Positions 43,797-51,670 of a stretch of DNA of 51,670 nt are shown here, one piece after another. The stretch lies in the NCBI GenBank assembly GCA_964628345.1, contig CAZVLZ010000001.1, positions 8,318-59,987 on the forward strand, written 5' to 3'. Numbering within the stretch: the first letter of the stretch is position 1; every line of letters starts with the position of its first letter. This DNA is from an uncultured Candidatus Peribacteria bacterium. GTDB lineage: Bacteria; Patescibacteriota; Gracilibacteria; Peribacterales; Peribacteraceae. The notes under the pieces are model-generated. The model did not search any database. It saw only the letters and a program-made list of their open reading frames with translations, and was not told the origin of the DNA. The translations under genes were made by a program, and so were the position numbers.

Positions 43797-44630
43797 GTGT
43801 TTGCACTCTTCCCCTCCCGCGCGGTTGCCGTTTCCCTCTTCGGTTTTGGTATTCACTGGTACGGGATCCTGTACGTCGTCGCTTTTCTGGTCGCCTTTCT
43901 CCTCCTGCCGCGCCTGCAGGCGGAACGCCGCCTTGCTCTCTCCCGGGAGGAGTGGTCGAACATCCTGACGCTCGGCATTCTCGGCGTGCTGGTCGGCGGC
44001 AGGCTCGGCTTCGTTCTCCTCTACCATCCCCTGTACTACGCCGCTCATCCGCTGGAGGTGTTTGCGGTCTGGAAGGGCGGCATGTCGTCGCATGGAGGAT
44101 TCCTCGGTGTCGGCATCGCGTTTCTCTGGGCGTCCCGCCGGTACCATATCCCGCTGCTCAGTCTGCTGGATCTCGCCGTCATCCCCGCAGCCCTCGGCCT
44201 CGCGTTCGGGCGGGTGGGCAACTACATCAATCTGGAGCTCTACGGAACGGTGACCAGTCTTCCATGGGGGATTGCGATTCCCGGCGTGGAGGGATTGCGG
44301 CATCCCGTGCAACTCTACGCCGTTGTGAAGGACCTCCTGATTGCGCTCCTCTGTCTCTGGCACCTCCGGCGCACACGTGCCCTGCGTTCCGGCGGAACAT
44401 TCGCCATCTTTCTGATGCTCTACGGCCTGCTGCGTTTTCTCGTCGAATGGGTGCGCGAGCCGGATAGCCCGCTCGTTTCATTCGGTCCCTTCGCGCTCAC
44501 GCGGGGGCAGCTCTACTCGTTGCCGCTCCTCCTCGTGGCTCTCTGTCTCTGGATCTGGTGGAAGCGGTCGACGCTCAGGCGGGCGCGGGTGCAGCAGATC
44601 GCAGGAACGAATGCCGGTGGAGCGGACTGA
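43797..44630 (+). CDS. lgt: Prolipoprotein diacylglyceryl transferase
   Basis: HWYGILYVVAF, GGRLGFVL, WKGGMSSHGGFLG and GRVGNYINLELYG. GTG start. Confidence 0.92.
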   Translation: MFALFPSRAVAVSLFGFGIHWYGILYVVAFLVAFLLLPRLQAERRLALSREEWSNILTLGILGVLVGGRLGFVLLYHPLYYAAHPLEVFAVWKGGMSSHGGFLGVGIAFLWASRRYHIPLLSLLDLAVIPAALGLAFGRVGNYINLELYGTVTSLPWGIAIPGVEGLRHPVQLYAVVKDLLIALLCLWHLRRTRALRSGGTFAIFLMLYGLLRFLVEWVREPDSPLVSFGPFALTRGQLYSLPLLLVALCLWIWWKRSTLRRARVQQIAGTNAGGAD

Positions 44631-45168
44631 CGCCATGGACCTTCAGCGCCTCGAAGTGTTCCGGTGTTCCGTACCCTTTGTGCATCTTCCAGCCGTACTG
44701 AGGAAATTGCCGGTCGAGTTCCACCATGAACCTGTCGCGTGTCACCTTGGCGACGATCGAGGCTGCGGAGATGCAGGGTTCGAGGTTGTCGCCGTCGATG
44801 ATCGCGGTGTGCGGATAATCGAACCAGAACTTGTCGCGACCATCCACGAGCAGGTAGGTGGGACGGCAGATCTTCGCCAGGGCTGCGACGGCTTGCTGCA
44901 TCGCCCTCTCGGTCGCGGGCAGAATGCCATGGGCATCCACGAACGCGGCTTCCGCCATGCCCACGCCATAGGCGCAGTGCGCGGCAATCCACGCAAATGC
45001 TTCTTCGCGCAACTCCGGTGTGAGTTGTTTCGAGTCACGGATGAACCGGGGTAAAGCAATACCCGTCGGCAGGATACACGCCCCCGCGACGACCGGGCCG
45101 GCCAGCGCCCCGCGCCCCGCTTCGTCGATGCCGGCGATGACGGCTTCTGCAATGTGTTGACGCGACAT
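44575..45168 (-). CDS. rnhB: Ribonuclease HII
   Basis: IAGIDEAGRGALAGPVVAGA, DSK.L and ASI.AKV.RD motifs. The 3' end overlaps the lgt 3' end by 56 nt, convergently. Confidence 0.92.
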   Translation of the reverse strand: MSRQHIAEAVIAGIDEAGRGALAGPVVAGACILPTGIALPRFIRDSKQLTPELREEAFAWIAAHCAYGVGMAEAAFVDAHGILPATERAMQQAVAALAKICRPTYLLVDGRDKFWFDYPHTAIIDGDNLEPCISAASIVAKVTRDRFMVELDRQFPQYGWKMHKGYGTPEHFEALKVHGVSPLHRHSFLRSAAPAPA

Positions 45169-45236
45169 TCGGTTGAACAGGAACTGTCCTGCAGCGTACG
45201 TGAAGGAGGGTCGAGGAACACGACGGTGGGCTTGCT

Positions 45237-46538
45237 TCAGGCACCTGTCTGTTTGCTGGTGTACGCGCGCAGGAGGGAGCGGGCGATCTCCCGCTCATTC
45301 CACGGGATCTGTCCCGTTGCCGTCATCATGGTGGTGTCGCTGCCCTTGGCGCAGAGGATCACCGCGTCACCCGGCTCCGCTTTCCTCAAGAGGAACTCCA
45401 TGGCTTCTTTCCGGTCGAAGATCTTGTACGCCTCCGTTTTGGACTGATCGATGCCCGTCCATACTTCTTCGATGATCTGGTGTGGATCTTCGGTGTAGGG
45501 ATCTTCGTTGCTCACGACGACGACATCGGCGAGTTCCGAGCAGAGCTGTCCGACGATCGGTCGCTTCTCGCGCATGCGATCCCCGCAGCTGCCCGTGAGC
45601 ACGAGGATGCGCCTGCCCGCAGGGAGCATCGCGCGGAGGGTTTTGAGCGTCTTCTCGTAGGCGGCGGGGGTCACGGTGAAATCCACGAACACGGCGAAGG
45701 GCTGGCCTTCGTCGATGCGCTCCATCCGGCCGGCTACTCCGGTGAAGGAGCGCAGAGCTTCGACCGATTGCTCCGTGGCAATGCCGATGGCACGGCAGCA
45801 GGAGATTGCGCAGAGTGCGTTCTCCAGATTGAAACTTCCCGGGATCGAGAGGGCGATGGGGAGTGTGGTTCCCTGCGCGTGGAGCGTGGCAGACATACCT
45901 TCTTGAGTGACCCGCATGTCGGAGTACCAGAAGTCCGCAGCCTTTGCAGAGCCGAACGTGATCGTGTGCGTCGTCGCGATTGCGTTGAATGTGGCGAAGC
46001 TCTCGTCGGTCCGGTTGAGGATCTTCGTGCCTCCGGTACGGATCATCCGCAGCAGCCGCCCCTTGTCCGCACGGTACTGCTCCATCGTTCCGTGGTAATC
46101 CAGGTGCTCGGGCGTCACATTCGTCACGGCACCGACGAGCGGCCAGGTGTAGTGGAGTCGTCCCTGCACGAGGCCGTGGGAAGAGACTTCGAGGACCGCG
46201 TGCGTGCATCCGGCGGAAACGAGGCGTCTCAGGAATTTCTGGATGAGGAAAGGGGAAGGCGAGGTCTTCTGGGTGGCGTTCCAGGTGCGTTCATCTCCGA
46301 TTTGCAGGAATGCGGTGGAGAGCGCGCCGGCCTTCATGCCCGCAGCCGATAGGATGTGCGCGACCATCCCGACCGTCGTCGTCTTGCCGTCCGTGCCCGT
46401 GATGCCGATGACGGTGAGGGAACGGGCGGGGAACCCGTAGAGTGCCGCTGCGCACAATGCCTTGACGTGATGCCAGATCAGACGCAGGGGACTGCGCTGC
46501 GGAATGGCCTTTTTGAGGGAACGAAGGAGATGCTGCAC
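45237..46538 (-). CDS. murE: Mur ligase, MurE-type (UDP-N-acetylmuramoyl-tripeptide synthetase), short N-terminus form
   Basis: VIGITGTDGKTTT P-loop, HLDYHG and Mur ligase C-domain motifs. There is no in-frame ATG before the P-loop. I preferred the GTG at 46538 (MQHLLRSLKKAIP...). The ORF is open to a TTG at 46691, but that part runs through repeat copy B. Confidence 0.85.
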   Translation of the reverse strand: MQHLLRSLKKAIPQRSPLRLIWHHVKALCAAALYGFPARSLTVIGITGTDGKTTTVGMVAHILSAAGMKAGALSTAFLQIGDERTWNATQKTSPSPFLIQKFLRRLVSAGCTHAVLEVSSHGLVQGRLHYTWPLVGAVTNVTPEHLDYHGTMEQYRADKGRLLRMIRTGGTKILNRTDESFATFNAIATTHTITFGSAKAADFWYSDMRVTQEGMSATLHAQGTTLPIALSIPGSFNLENALCAISCCRAIGIATEQSVEALRSFTGVAGRMERIDEGQPFAVFVDFTVTPAAYEKTLKTLRAMLPAGRRILVLTGSCGDRMREKRPIVGQLCSELADVVVVSNEDPYTEDPHQIIEEVWTGIDQSKTEAYKIFDRKEAMEFLLRKAEPGDAVILCAKGSDTTMMTATGQIPWNEREIARSLLRAYTSKQTGA

Positions 46539-46651
46539 GACGGGGAAAGGGTACCATCCACGAACGTTTCTTTCATCGGATCTCTCTTCTTTCTCCAAAC
46601 CTCCATCCCACACAGCCCGTACCGATCCTCGGTACGGATCGGACGGGCCGG

Positions 46652-46732
46652 CCCCTTCCTCCCGAGGAGGAAGGGGAGGACATTGACGCAACGTTCCCCC
46701 CTCTCCCCGGGAGAGGGGGCGAGGGGGAGAGG
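46652..46732 (+). repeat. Copy B of the ~81-nt polypyrimidine/polypurine double-hairpin element
   Basis: CCCCTTCCTCC(46652-62)-cga-GGAGGAAGGGG(46666-76), ACGTT(46691-95), CCCCCTCTCCC(46697-707)-c-GGGAGAGGGGG(46709-19)-cga-GGGGGAGAGG(46723-32). Confidence 0.8.
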
Positions 46733-46766
46733 TTTCAGTAATGGAAGAGGCCGGTGAGGGGCACGG

Positions 46767-47159
46767 TCACGCGCGTCTCAGAATCTCTTTTGTCTTCTCA
46801 ATATCCCGTTGAATCTGCTTCTGGAGGAGCGCCACGGTTTTGAAGTTCCGGATGCCCCGAAGCCGTTTCAGCACTTCCACACGGATGCGGAGTGGAGAGC
46901 GGCGCAGCGGGTGATCAATGACGTGCACTTCGCAGGTGACGGAATCGTTGAAGACAGGCCGCGGACCAAAATGCATTGCGGCGGGGAAGATGTGCCCGTT
47001 CCAGCGCACGCGGCAGGCGAAGATGCCGTTTTTGAGTGTATGGGGAAGATCATCCAATGCCAGATTGAGCGTCGGCGAACCGATGGTGCGGCCGCGCCCG
47101 GCGCCCTTCACGATGCGGGCCGTGAAGGGAGGGAGGATGGTCGTGTGGGAACGGATCAT
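46767..47159 (-). CDS. Riboflavin kinase, stand-alone RFK domain
   Basis: G.V..G.GRGRTIG.PT.NL and the C-terminal RNF.....L..QI..D match the C-terminal half of bifunctional RibF. At 130 aa it has no FAD-synthetase domain. The start overlaps the upstream SLH gene stop (ATGA). Confidence 0.85.
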   Translation of the reverse strand: MIRSHTTILPPFTARIVKGAGRGRTIGSPTLNLALDDLPHTLKNGIFACRVRWNGHIFPAAMHFGPRPVFNDSVTCEVHVIDHPLRRSPLRIRVEVLKRLRGIRNFKTVALLQKQIQRDIEKTKEILRRA

Positions 47160-48196
47160 TGCGCTGGAGTGCCGGCCTTCGCCGCTCGCGCACTCTCGGC
47201 GAGGTTCTTCGCAAGTGCCTGTACCTGGTCGCTCAGGTTCGCGAGGCCCGGACTCAGTTCCTTGCCCCGCGCTGCAAGGTTCCAGGCGTCGCCGCTCAGG
47301 CGGATGCTCTCGTCGAACTGCTGGTTTAAGCCGGCGCGGTACGCACGGACGATGGCACGGAAGGCTTCGGTGATCTTGAGTGCGCCCTGCACGAGGGGCT
47401 GGTTCGGCGCCCCGGCATTGGCGCCGCGCGCTGCGAGCAGTGCACGTGCGGAGGCGTATTCCGCCTGTTCGGGATTGTTCTCCTTCAGGCTTCCCAGGAC
47501 GACGAGAATTTCACTTTCGGCTTCCGAGAGGAGAGCCTGTGTGCGCTTGCCGTTGCGGTACATGAGGAAGCGGTAGAGGATGAGCGCCGTGTCGCCGCGC
47601 GTGAGTTCGCGCCCGGGGTCGAACGTCCCTTCGCTCGTGATCATGGTCATGGATGCCGTGACCGCGAAGCGCAGGTACGGGTAGTACCAGGCGGTGGGAT
47701 CGTTGACATCCGAAGAGAGCGGCAGACTGATTTCGCTGTAGGCATTGGGATCGATGCGGTAGGCGAGCAGGATCATTTTGATGAATTCCATCTTGGTGAC
47801 GGGCTTCGTGCCGTTGAAGGCCGTCTTTGCCGGCGGTCCGTCCACGATGGAATTCTGGCGGGCTGCCTCCACGTACGGCAGGTACCAGTCTCCGGTTTTG
47901 ATATCCGAGAATGGAGTGGCCGTGAGTTGATTGAGTGCTTCTGCTTTCAGGAGAGGTGCGATGATGATCTTGATCGCTTCCGCGCGGTTCACCTTCTGGT
48001 CAGGACGGAAGGTGCCGTCGGGATACCCATTCAGGACGCCGACACCGCGCAGGTACTCCGCAGCTTCCGCCACGGGCGAACCCGATGGGATATCTTGGAA
48101 TGGAGCGGCTTCTGCCGCCCGTGCGAAGGCAGGCAGCAGCAGGGACAAGGAAATGATCCCTGCCAGAAAGCTCGAAATGTGTTTCATCGGGTGCAT
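47156..48196 (-). CDS. Secreted protein with three N-terminal SLH domains and a helical C-terminal domain
   Basis: Signal peptide MKHISSFLAGIISLSLLLPAFARA. SLH repeats are FQDIPSGSPVAEAAEYL...NGYPDGTFRPDQKVNRAEAIKII, FSDIKTGDWYLPYVE... and a third degenerate copy. ATG candidates are at 48196 and 48187; the ORF is open to 48262. Confidence 0.8.
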   Translation of the reverse strand: MHPMKHISSFLAGIISLSLLLPAFARAAEAAPFQDIPSGSPVAEAAEYLRGVGVLNGYPDGTFRPDQKVNRAEAIKIIIAPLLKAEALNQLTATPFSDIKTGDWYLPYVEAARQNSIVDGPPAKTAFNGTKPVTKMEFIKMILLAYRIDPNAYSEISLPLSSDVNDPTAWYYPYLRFAVTASMTMITSEGTFDPGRELTRGDTALILYRFLMYRNGKRTQALLSEAESEILVVLGSLKENNPEQAEYASARALLAARGANAGAPNQPLVQGALKITEAFRAIVRAYRAGLNQQFDESIRLSGDAWNLAARGKELSPGLANLSDQVQALAKNLAESARAAKAGTPAQ

Positions 48197-48328
48197 GAGA
48201 ACATGGGGGACGGATGCATCGTAACAGTCGCTTAGAATGTGTGCAAATCGTGATTTTAACATAGTTAATCGATGGTGAGGGTGTATGGACTAAGTTTAGT
48301 AAAAGTGTTAAAATATAATGAAAATAAC

Positions 48329-49084
48329 ATGAATGAAATAAAAGTCATCCAACGGCCATCCATCACTGCGTTCTCCCGTTCGCATCGACGTATCGGTGTC
48401 GCGGTCGTGATACTGGGCATGGTGTTCTCCGTGCCTTGTGCGTCCGCCGCGGAGAGCGCTTCTTTCCGGCTGTACGATTCCTTCCCGAATGTGAGCGATC
48501 CTGCGCCGGATGCTTCGGATTCCTTTCAGATGAATGAGAACGGGGTGACGTGGTTTGTCCAGCCGCTGTCCGGATCGAACTTCCAGATTGTGCTCGCACC
48601 GCCCGCGGTCTCCTCTTCGACTTCCTCCGTGAGCAGTGTTTCCACATCTTCCGTTCCGACAGCGTCTCCCTCCACCGGCGGACATCGTGGCAAGCGTATG
48701 CCTCCCGTGCTCCATCCTGCTGCGGAAGGAAGTTCCTCTGCACAATCATCGGTTTCCTCGGTTTCTCGCGCGTCGTCCTCCGTTTCCTCAATGGCTGGGT
48801 TCTCGTCTGCGTCCGCAGGCATGCTGCCACCCCCGCCACCGTTCACGGTCGATCTGGCACAACCTCTTGCCGGTCAAGAGATTGTTCAAGAGGCCGCTGC
48901 GCATCCTTTGGCGCCGTGCGGGAAATGCCAGTGTCCGGGGGTACGGTTGCGGTTCAGAAGGTTGCGCGTTGGTGAGGTGGGTGCTCCATCGGCGTTGTTC
49001 GGTCTTGTCTGTGCAGTCGTCGAAGTACTGTTCATCCTCCTCGCTTTTTGTCTTTTCCTCATCTGCCGCAAGCGTTCCCGATGA
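48329..49084 (+). CDS. Ser-rich secreted protein with a C-terminal TM and basic tail
   Basis: Signal-anchor IGVAVVILGMVFSVPCASA, long poly-Ser/Val linkers, and the C-terminal ALFGLVCAVVEVLFILLAFCLFLICRKRSR. The ORF is open from 48272. The stop overlaps the next start (ATGA at 49081-49084). Confidence 0.6.
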   Translation: MNEIKVIQRPSITAFSRSHRRIGVAVVILGMVFSVPCASAAESASFRLYDSFPNVSDPAPDASDSFQMNENGVTWFVQPLSGSNFQIVLAPPAVSSSTSSVSSVSTSSVPTASPSTGGHRGKRMPPVLHPAAEGSSSAQSSVSSVSRASSSVSSMAGFSSASAGMLPPPPPFTVDLAQPLAGQEIVQEAAAHPLAPCGKCQCPGVRLRFRRLRVGEVGAPSALFGLVCAVVEVLFILLAFCLFLICRKRSR

Positions 49085-50667
49085 AGCATTCTTCTGCATT
49101 CTTCTGGCTTCTCTGCACCTGCCTGATTGCAGGAGCAACCTTCGTCATCCTCAGGAGTCCGGTGCTCGCCGCATCGGGTCCGCAGACCTTCGTCTACAAC
49201 GGTCACCTGCTCGACAGCAGCGGGAACGCCATCATGACGCCCCATACCATCCGGTTCAGTCTCTGGACGAGCGCCGACTACATCGCGGGAGACGTGACTG
49301 CGACGGGCGCCATTCTGACGTCGTCCGCCGCGTATGCCGGATGGAAAGACGCATTCACCGTCACGCCCGATGCGCGCGGTTACTTCTCCGTGCAGCTGGG
49401 CAGCAGCGTGGCTCTGCCGGACTTCTCTGTGTTCTCGTCAGCGGATCTCGCCTCGCTGTACCTGCAGGTGGAGGTGAAAGCGGCGGACGCCGCCGCCACC
49501 GCGTACGAAGTGCTCGATCAGAATGCCAGCAGCGACAGCGTGGACCGTGGTCCGCTCCTCTCCGTTCCCTTCGCGCTCAATGCCGATTTCCTCGATCAGC
49601 GGCACGTCGGTACAGGGAGCGGTTCGATTCCGGTGCTCTCGACTGATGGATTGCTGGATGTGTCGCATATGCCGGGGGGAACGCAGCTCGACGGTTTCAC
49701 GCTCGATCGGGACAATTCCGTCTCCGCCGGAAACATCAGCCTGGAATTCGGCGATGTCCTCGGCAAAACGCTGTCGTACGACGTCACGAGCGGACGATTC
49801 GATTTCAATGACGACCTCAACGTGCAGGGGAACCTGACGGTGACGGGTCTCATCAACGGGGTGGACATTACGGCGATCACAAGCTCCACGGATAACTCGC
49901 ACCTGAAGGTCTCTTCGGGTGCCGGACTCACGGTCACCGTAGCACGGGGCGATTACCGTCTGGGCGGCGTGATCACCCAGTACGCGGGTGCGGACGGGAT
50001 TGCCGTCACGGATGACGCCACGAATTACGTCTTCTTCTCTTCCGGCGGTCTGACCGTCAATACCACTGGTTTTCCGACGGGGAGCGCAATTATTCCTGTC
50101 GCATCGGTTCTTGCGTCCGGTGGAGCGGTGACGTCGGTGACCGATCGTCGAGTCTTCAACAGTAATGACACGCAGCGTACGATTGTGAAGGTGTTCGAAC
50201 CGCTCTACGAGGGAGCGGCGTATCAGGGCGATGGTTCGAACAACGTGGGGCAGCTCACCGTCAGCCATTCCGGGAGTGTGCTCCGCAATTATTACCAGTG
50301 GACGAGTACTCGCAGCACCTTGCAGGATTACGACATGCTGCTGCGCGTTCCTGTTTCTTCCGATTTTACGCGATGGGGCAGTACTCCTCTCACGCTCCTG
50401 TATCGCACGACGTCCGCCGATGTGGCGAAGAATGCTCTGGCTCTGCAGGTGTACGACACGGCAGGCGCTGCCGTCACTCTGACGGGATCCGGTGCCTCGG
50501 GGTTGAGCTCAACGGATTGGGTGACGGCGACGTGGGGGTTTGCGGGATCACCCACGTGGACTGCCGGAGGAGAGATGCTCATCAAATTATCATTTGCATC
50601 CAAAGACAGTGCTTCTGTGCAGGTGGGGCCACTCTCCATCCGTTTTGCGGAAATGTTGTCAGAGTAG
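49081..50667 (+). CDS. Secreted tail-fibre-like / beta-helical repeat protein
   Basis: Signal peptide MKHSSAFFWLLCTCLIAGATFVILRSPVLAA. The motif FDFNDDLNVQGNLTVTGLINGVDI resembles fibre-like surface proteins. The start is translationally coupled to the previous gene. Confidence 0.7.
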   Translation: MKHSSAFFWLLCTCLIAGATFVILRSPVLAASGPQTFVYNGHLLDSSGNAIMTPHTIRFSLWTSADYIAGDVTATGAILTSSAAYAGWKDAFTVTPDARGYFSVQLGSSVALPDFSVFSSADLASLYLQVEVKAADAAATAYEVLDQNASSDSVDRGPLLSVPFALNADFLDQRHVGTGSGSIPVLSTDGLLDVSHMPGGTQLDGFTLDRDNSVSAGNISLEFGDVLGKTLSYDVTSGRFDFNDDLNVQGNLTVTGLINGVDITAITSSTDNSHLKVSSGAGLTVTVARGDYRLGGVITQYAGADGIAVTDDATNYVFFSSGGLTVNTTGFPTGSAIIPVASVLASGGAVTSVTDRRVFNSNDTQRTIVKVFEPLYEGAAYQGDGSNNVGQLTVSHSGSVLRNYYQWTSTRSTLQDYDMLLRVPVSSDFTRWGSTPLTLLYRTTSADVAKNALALQVYDTAGAAVTLTGSGASGLSSTDWVTATWGFAGSPTWTAGGEMLIKLSFASKDSASVQVGPLSIRFAEMLSE

Positions 50668-50786
50668 CTGAGACCATCGAATTACATGCGAGTCAACTTG
50701 TTTGCTATGACAGGAAATACTGAAAATGGTACAATGAACGGAAATAAAAACCATTCATGCGGCATTGCTCCTCCTATTTACGGCAG

Positions 50787-51670
50787 ATGATCGTGCGGCG
50801 GTTTTTGACCGCCTTTTTGGTTGCCCTGGGATGCGGTATGCCTGCCTGGGTGGTCGCCGCTTCGAGCTGGAATCCTACATTGCTCGTGAATACGGAGTCC
50901 TTCAATACCATTGATGACGGCGACGGCACCACGAACATCGAAATGCGGTTCGGCGACACGCTCAAAGAGAAGATCACCTTCAACCGCTCGGCGTGGAGGT
51001 TTGAATTCAGCCAGTCGATCCATGTGGGAGGCAACGTCACTGCAACCGGTTCTCTCTCCATCAAGCAAGTGATGTCCGGTGCCGCGTTGCGTGTCGATTC
51101 CAATGCGGATATCTGGGGTACATTATCTGTTTCGGGTGCCACGATACTGGACGGAAACGTTTCGGCATCCGGCGCGTTGGCAGTGGAAGGCGCCGCGGCC
51201 TTCGGCTCCACGATCAAGATCGGCGGGGTGACGTACACCTTTCCCGCATCGGACGGCACGGCCTCGGGCAAAGTGCTGAAGACCGATGGCGCAGGGCACT
51301 TAAGCTGGAGTACGGATAACGATACGGGTGCAAGTGCGGTCAATGCCGTCACCGCCGAAGGCATGTTCATCAATCAAGGAGGCGATACGATGACGGGAGC
51401 ACTCCGGATCAGCAATGGCGCCGGTCTCAATGCCTCCGGTTCGCTCATCACGAATACGAACCTCACCATCAATTCCGACAACGGAGCGGCGGATGCCGTG
51501 CTCACCTTCGGCAACGACGCGGGTGTCGAGACACTGAAGTTCAATGACACCACGAATCAGTTCGAACTTTCGGATGACCTCGCGGTGACCGGCAAACTGA
51601 GTGCGAGCGACACCATTTCCGGCAGCGGCACGCTGGCCATCGAAGGCGCCGCGGCCTTCGGTTCCACGAT
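50787..51670 (+). CDS. Secreted tail-fibre-like repeat protein, 3'-truncated by the window edge
   Basis: Absent from the ORF track because no stop falls in the window; I translated it by hand from the ATG at 50787. Signal peptide MIVRRFLTAFLVALGCGMPAWVVAA. Motif GGVTYTFPASDGTASGKVLKTDGAGHLSW. The string EGAAAFGST recurs exactly 456 nt (152 codons) later, at 51186 and 51642. Confidence 0.7.
   Translation, partial: MIVRRFLTAFLVALGCGMPAWVVAASSWNPTLLVNTESFNTIDDGDGTTNIEMRFGDTLKEKITFNRSAWRFEFSQSIHVGGNVTATGSLSIKQVMSGAALRVDSNADIWGTLSVSGATILDGNVSASGALAVEGAAAFGSTIKIGGVTYTFPASDGTASGKVLKTDGAGHLSWSTDNDTGASAVNAVTAEGMFINQGGDTMTGALRISNGAGLNASGSLITNTNLTINSDNGAADAVLTFGNDAGVETLKFNDTTNQFELSDDLAVTGKLSASDTISGSGTLAIEGAAAFGST

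Noticed and set aside
48636-49646. 336-aa plus-strand ORF bridging two genes
   Set aside because: It is out of frame with, and overlaps, two ORFs that have signal peptides and an ATGA junction. Arg/Pro/Ser-rich shadow composition.
50774-51373. 199-aa minus-strand ORF
   Set aside because: Antisense to the hand-translated plus-strand gene starting at 50787. That gene has a signal peptide, tail-fibre-like motifs and an in-frame 152-codon repeat.
48329-51670. Prophage interpretation of the tail-fibre-like genes
   Set aside because: No capsid, portal, terminase, integrase or lysis genes are present and there are no att-like repeats. The proteins carry Sec-type signal peptides, which favours cellular surface fibres.

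Overview
GC-rich, very tightly packed bacterial chromosomal window of 51.7 kb. Many gene pairs share 4-nt ATGA/GTGA start-stop overlaps, and there are three convergent 3'-end overlaps. I found no rRNA, transposase, integrase, CRISPR array or reverse transcriptase. Housekeeping genes recognisable from their translations: eno, a DHH/DHHA1 NrnA-like phosphoesterase, infB, rplS, lepA, a 2H phosphoesterase (LigT/ThpR), a SAM methyltransferase, rpmA, an FtsB/DivIC-like protein, murC, purL, tsaD, lgt, rnhB, a murE-type Mur ligase and a stand-alone riboflavin kinase. I folded two tRNAs by hand: tRNA-Pro(GGG) and an initiator-type tRNA-Met(CAU). Between these sits an unusually dense set of envelope and surface genes. 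They include a CsaB-like polysaccharide pyruvyl transferase translationally coupled to three unknown proteins (one of 1072 aa), two SLH-domain proteins, and a sortase with an LPVTG substrate. There is also a TrbL/VirB6-like polytopic membrane protein with a partner, a PKD-repeat protein operon, and a terminal cluster of secreted tail-fibre-like repeat proteins. The most striking gene encodes a ~2500-aa membrane-anchored protein built from about 40 vicinal Cys-Cys modules that I cannot assign to any family. At nucleotide level I see several unexplained structures. One is an ~81-nt element present twice, with two polypyrimidine/polypurine hairpins plus a mirror purine arm (a triplex-capable layout). 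Others are heptanucleotide repeat arrays, a 4x7-nt microsatellite inside lepA, and homopolymer tracts placed so that slippage would truncate surface proteins. A -10 box also recurs 6-12 nt upstream of start codons with no Shine-Dalgarno sequence, which suggests leaderless mRNAs. The gene content resembles a reduced, uncultivated lineage (Patescibacteria/CPR-like, perhaps Peregrinibacteria-like), but that is inference only. All functional calls come from motif recognition by eye; no database search was possible.
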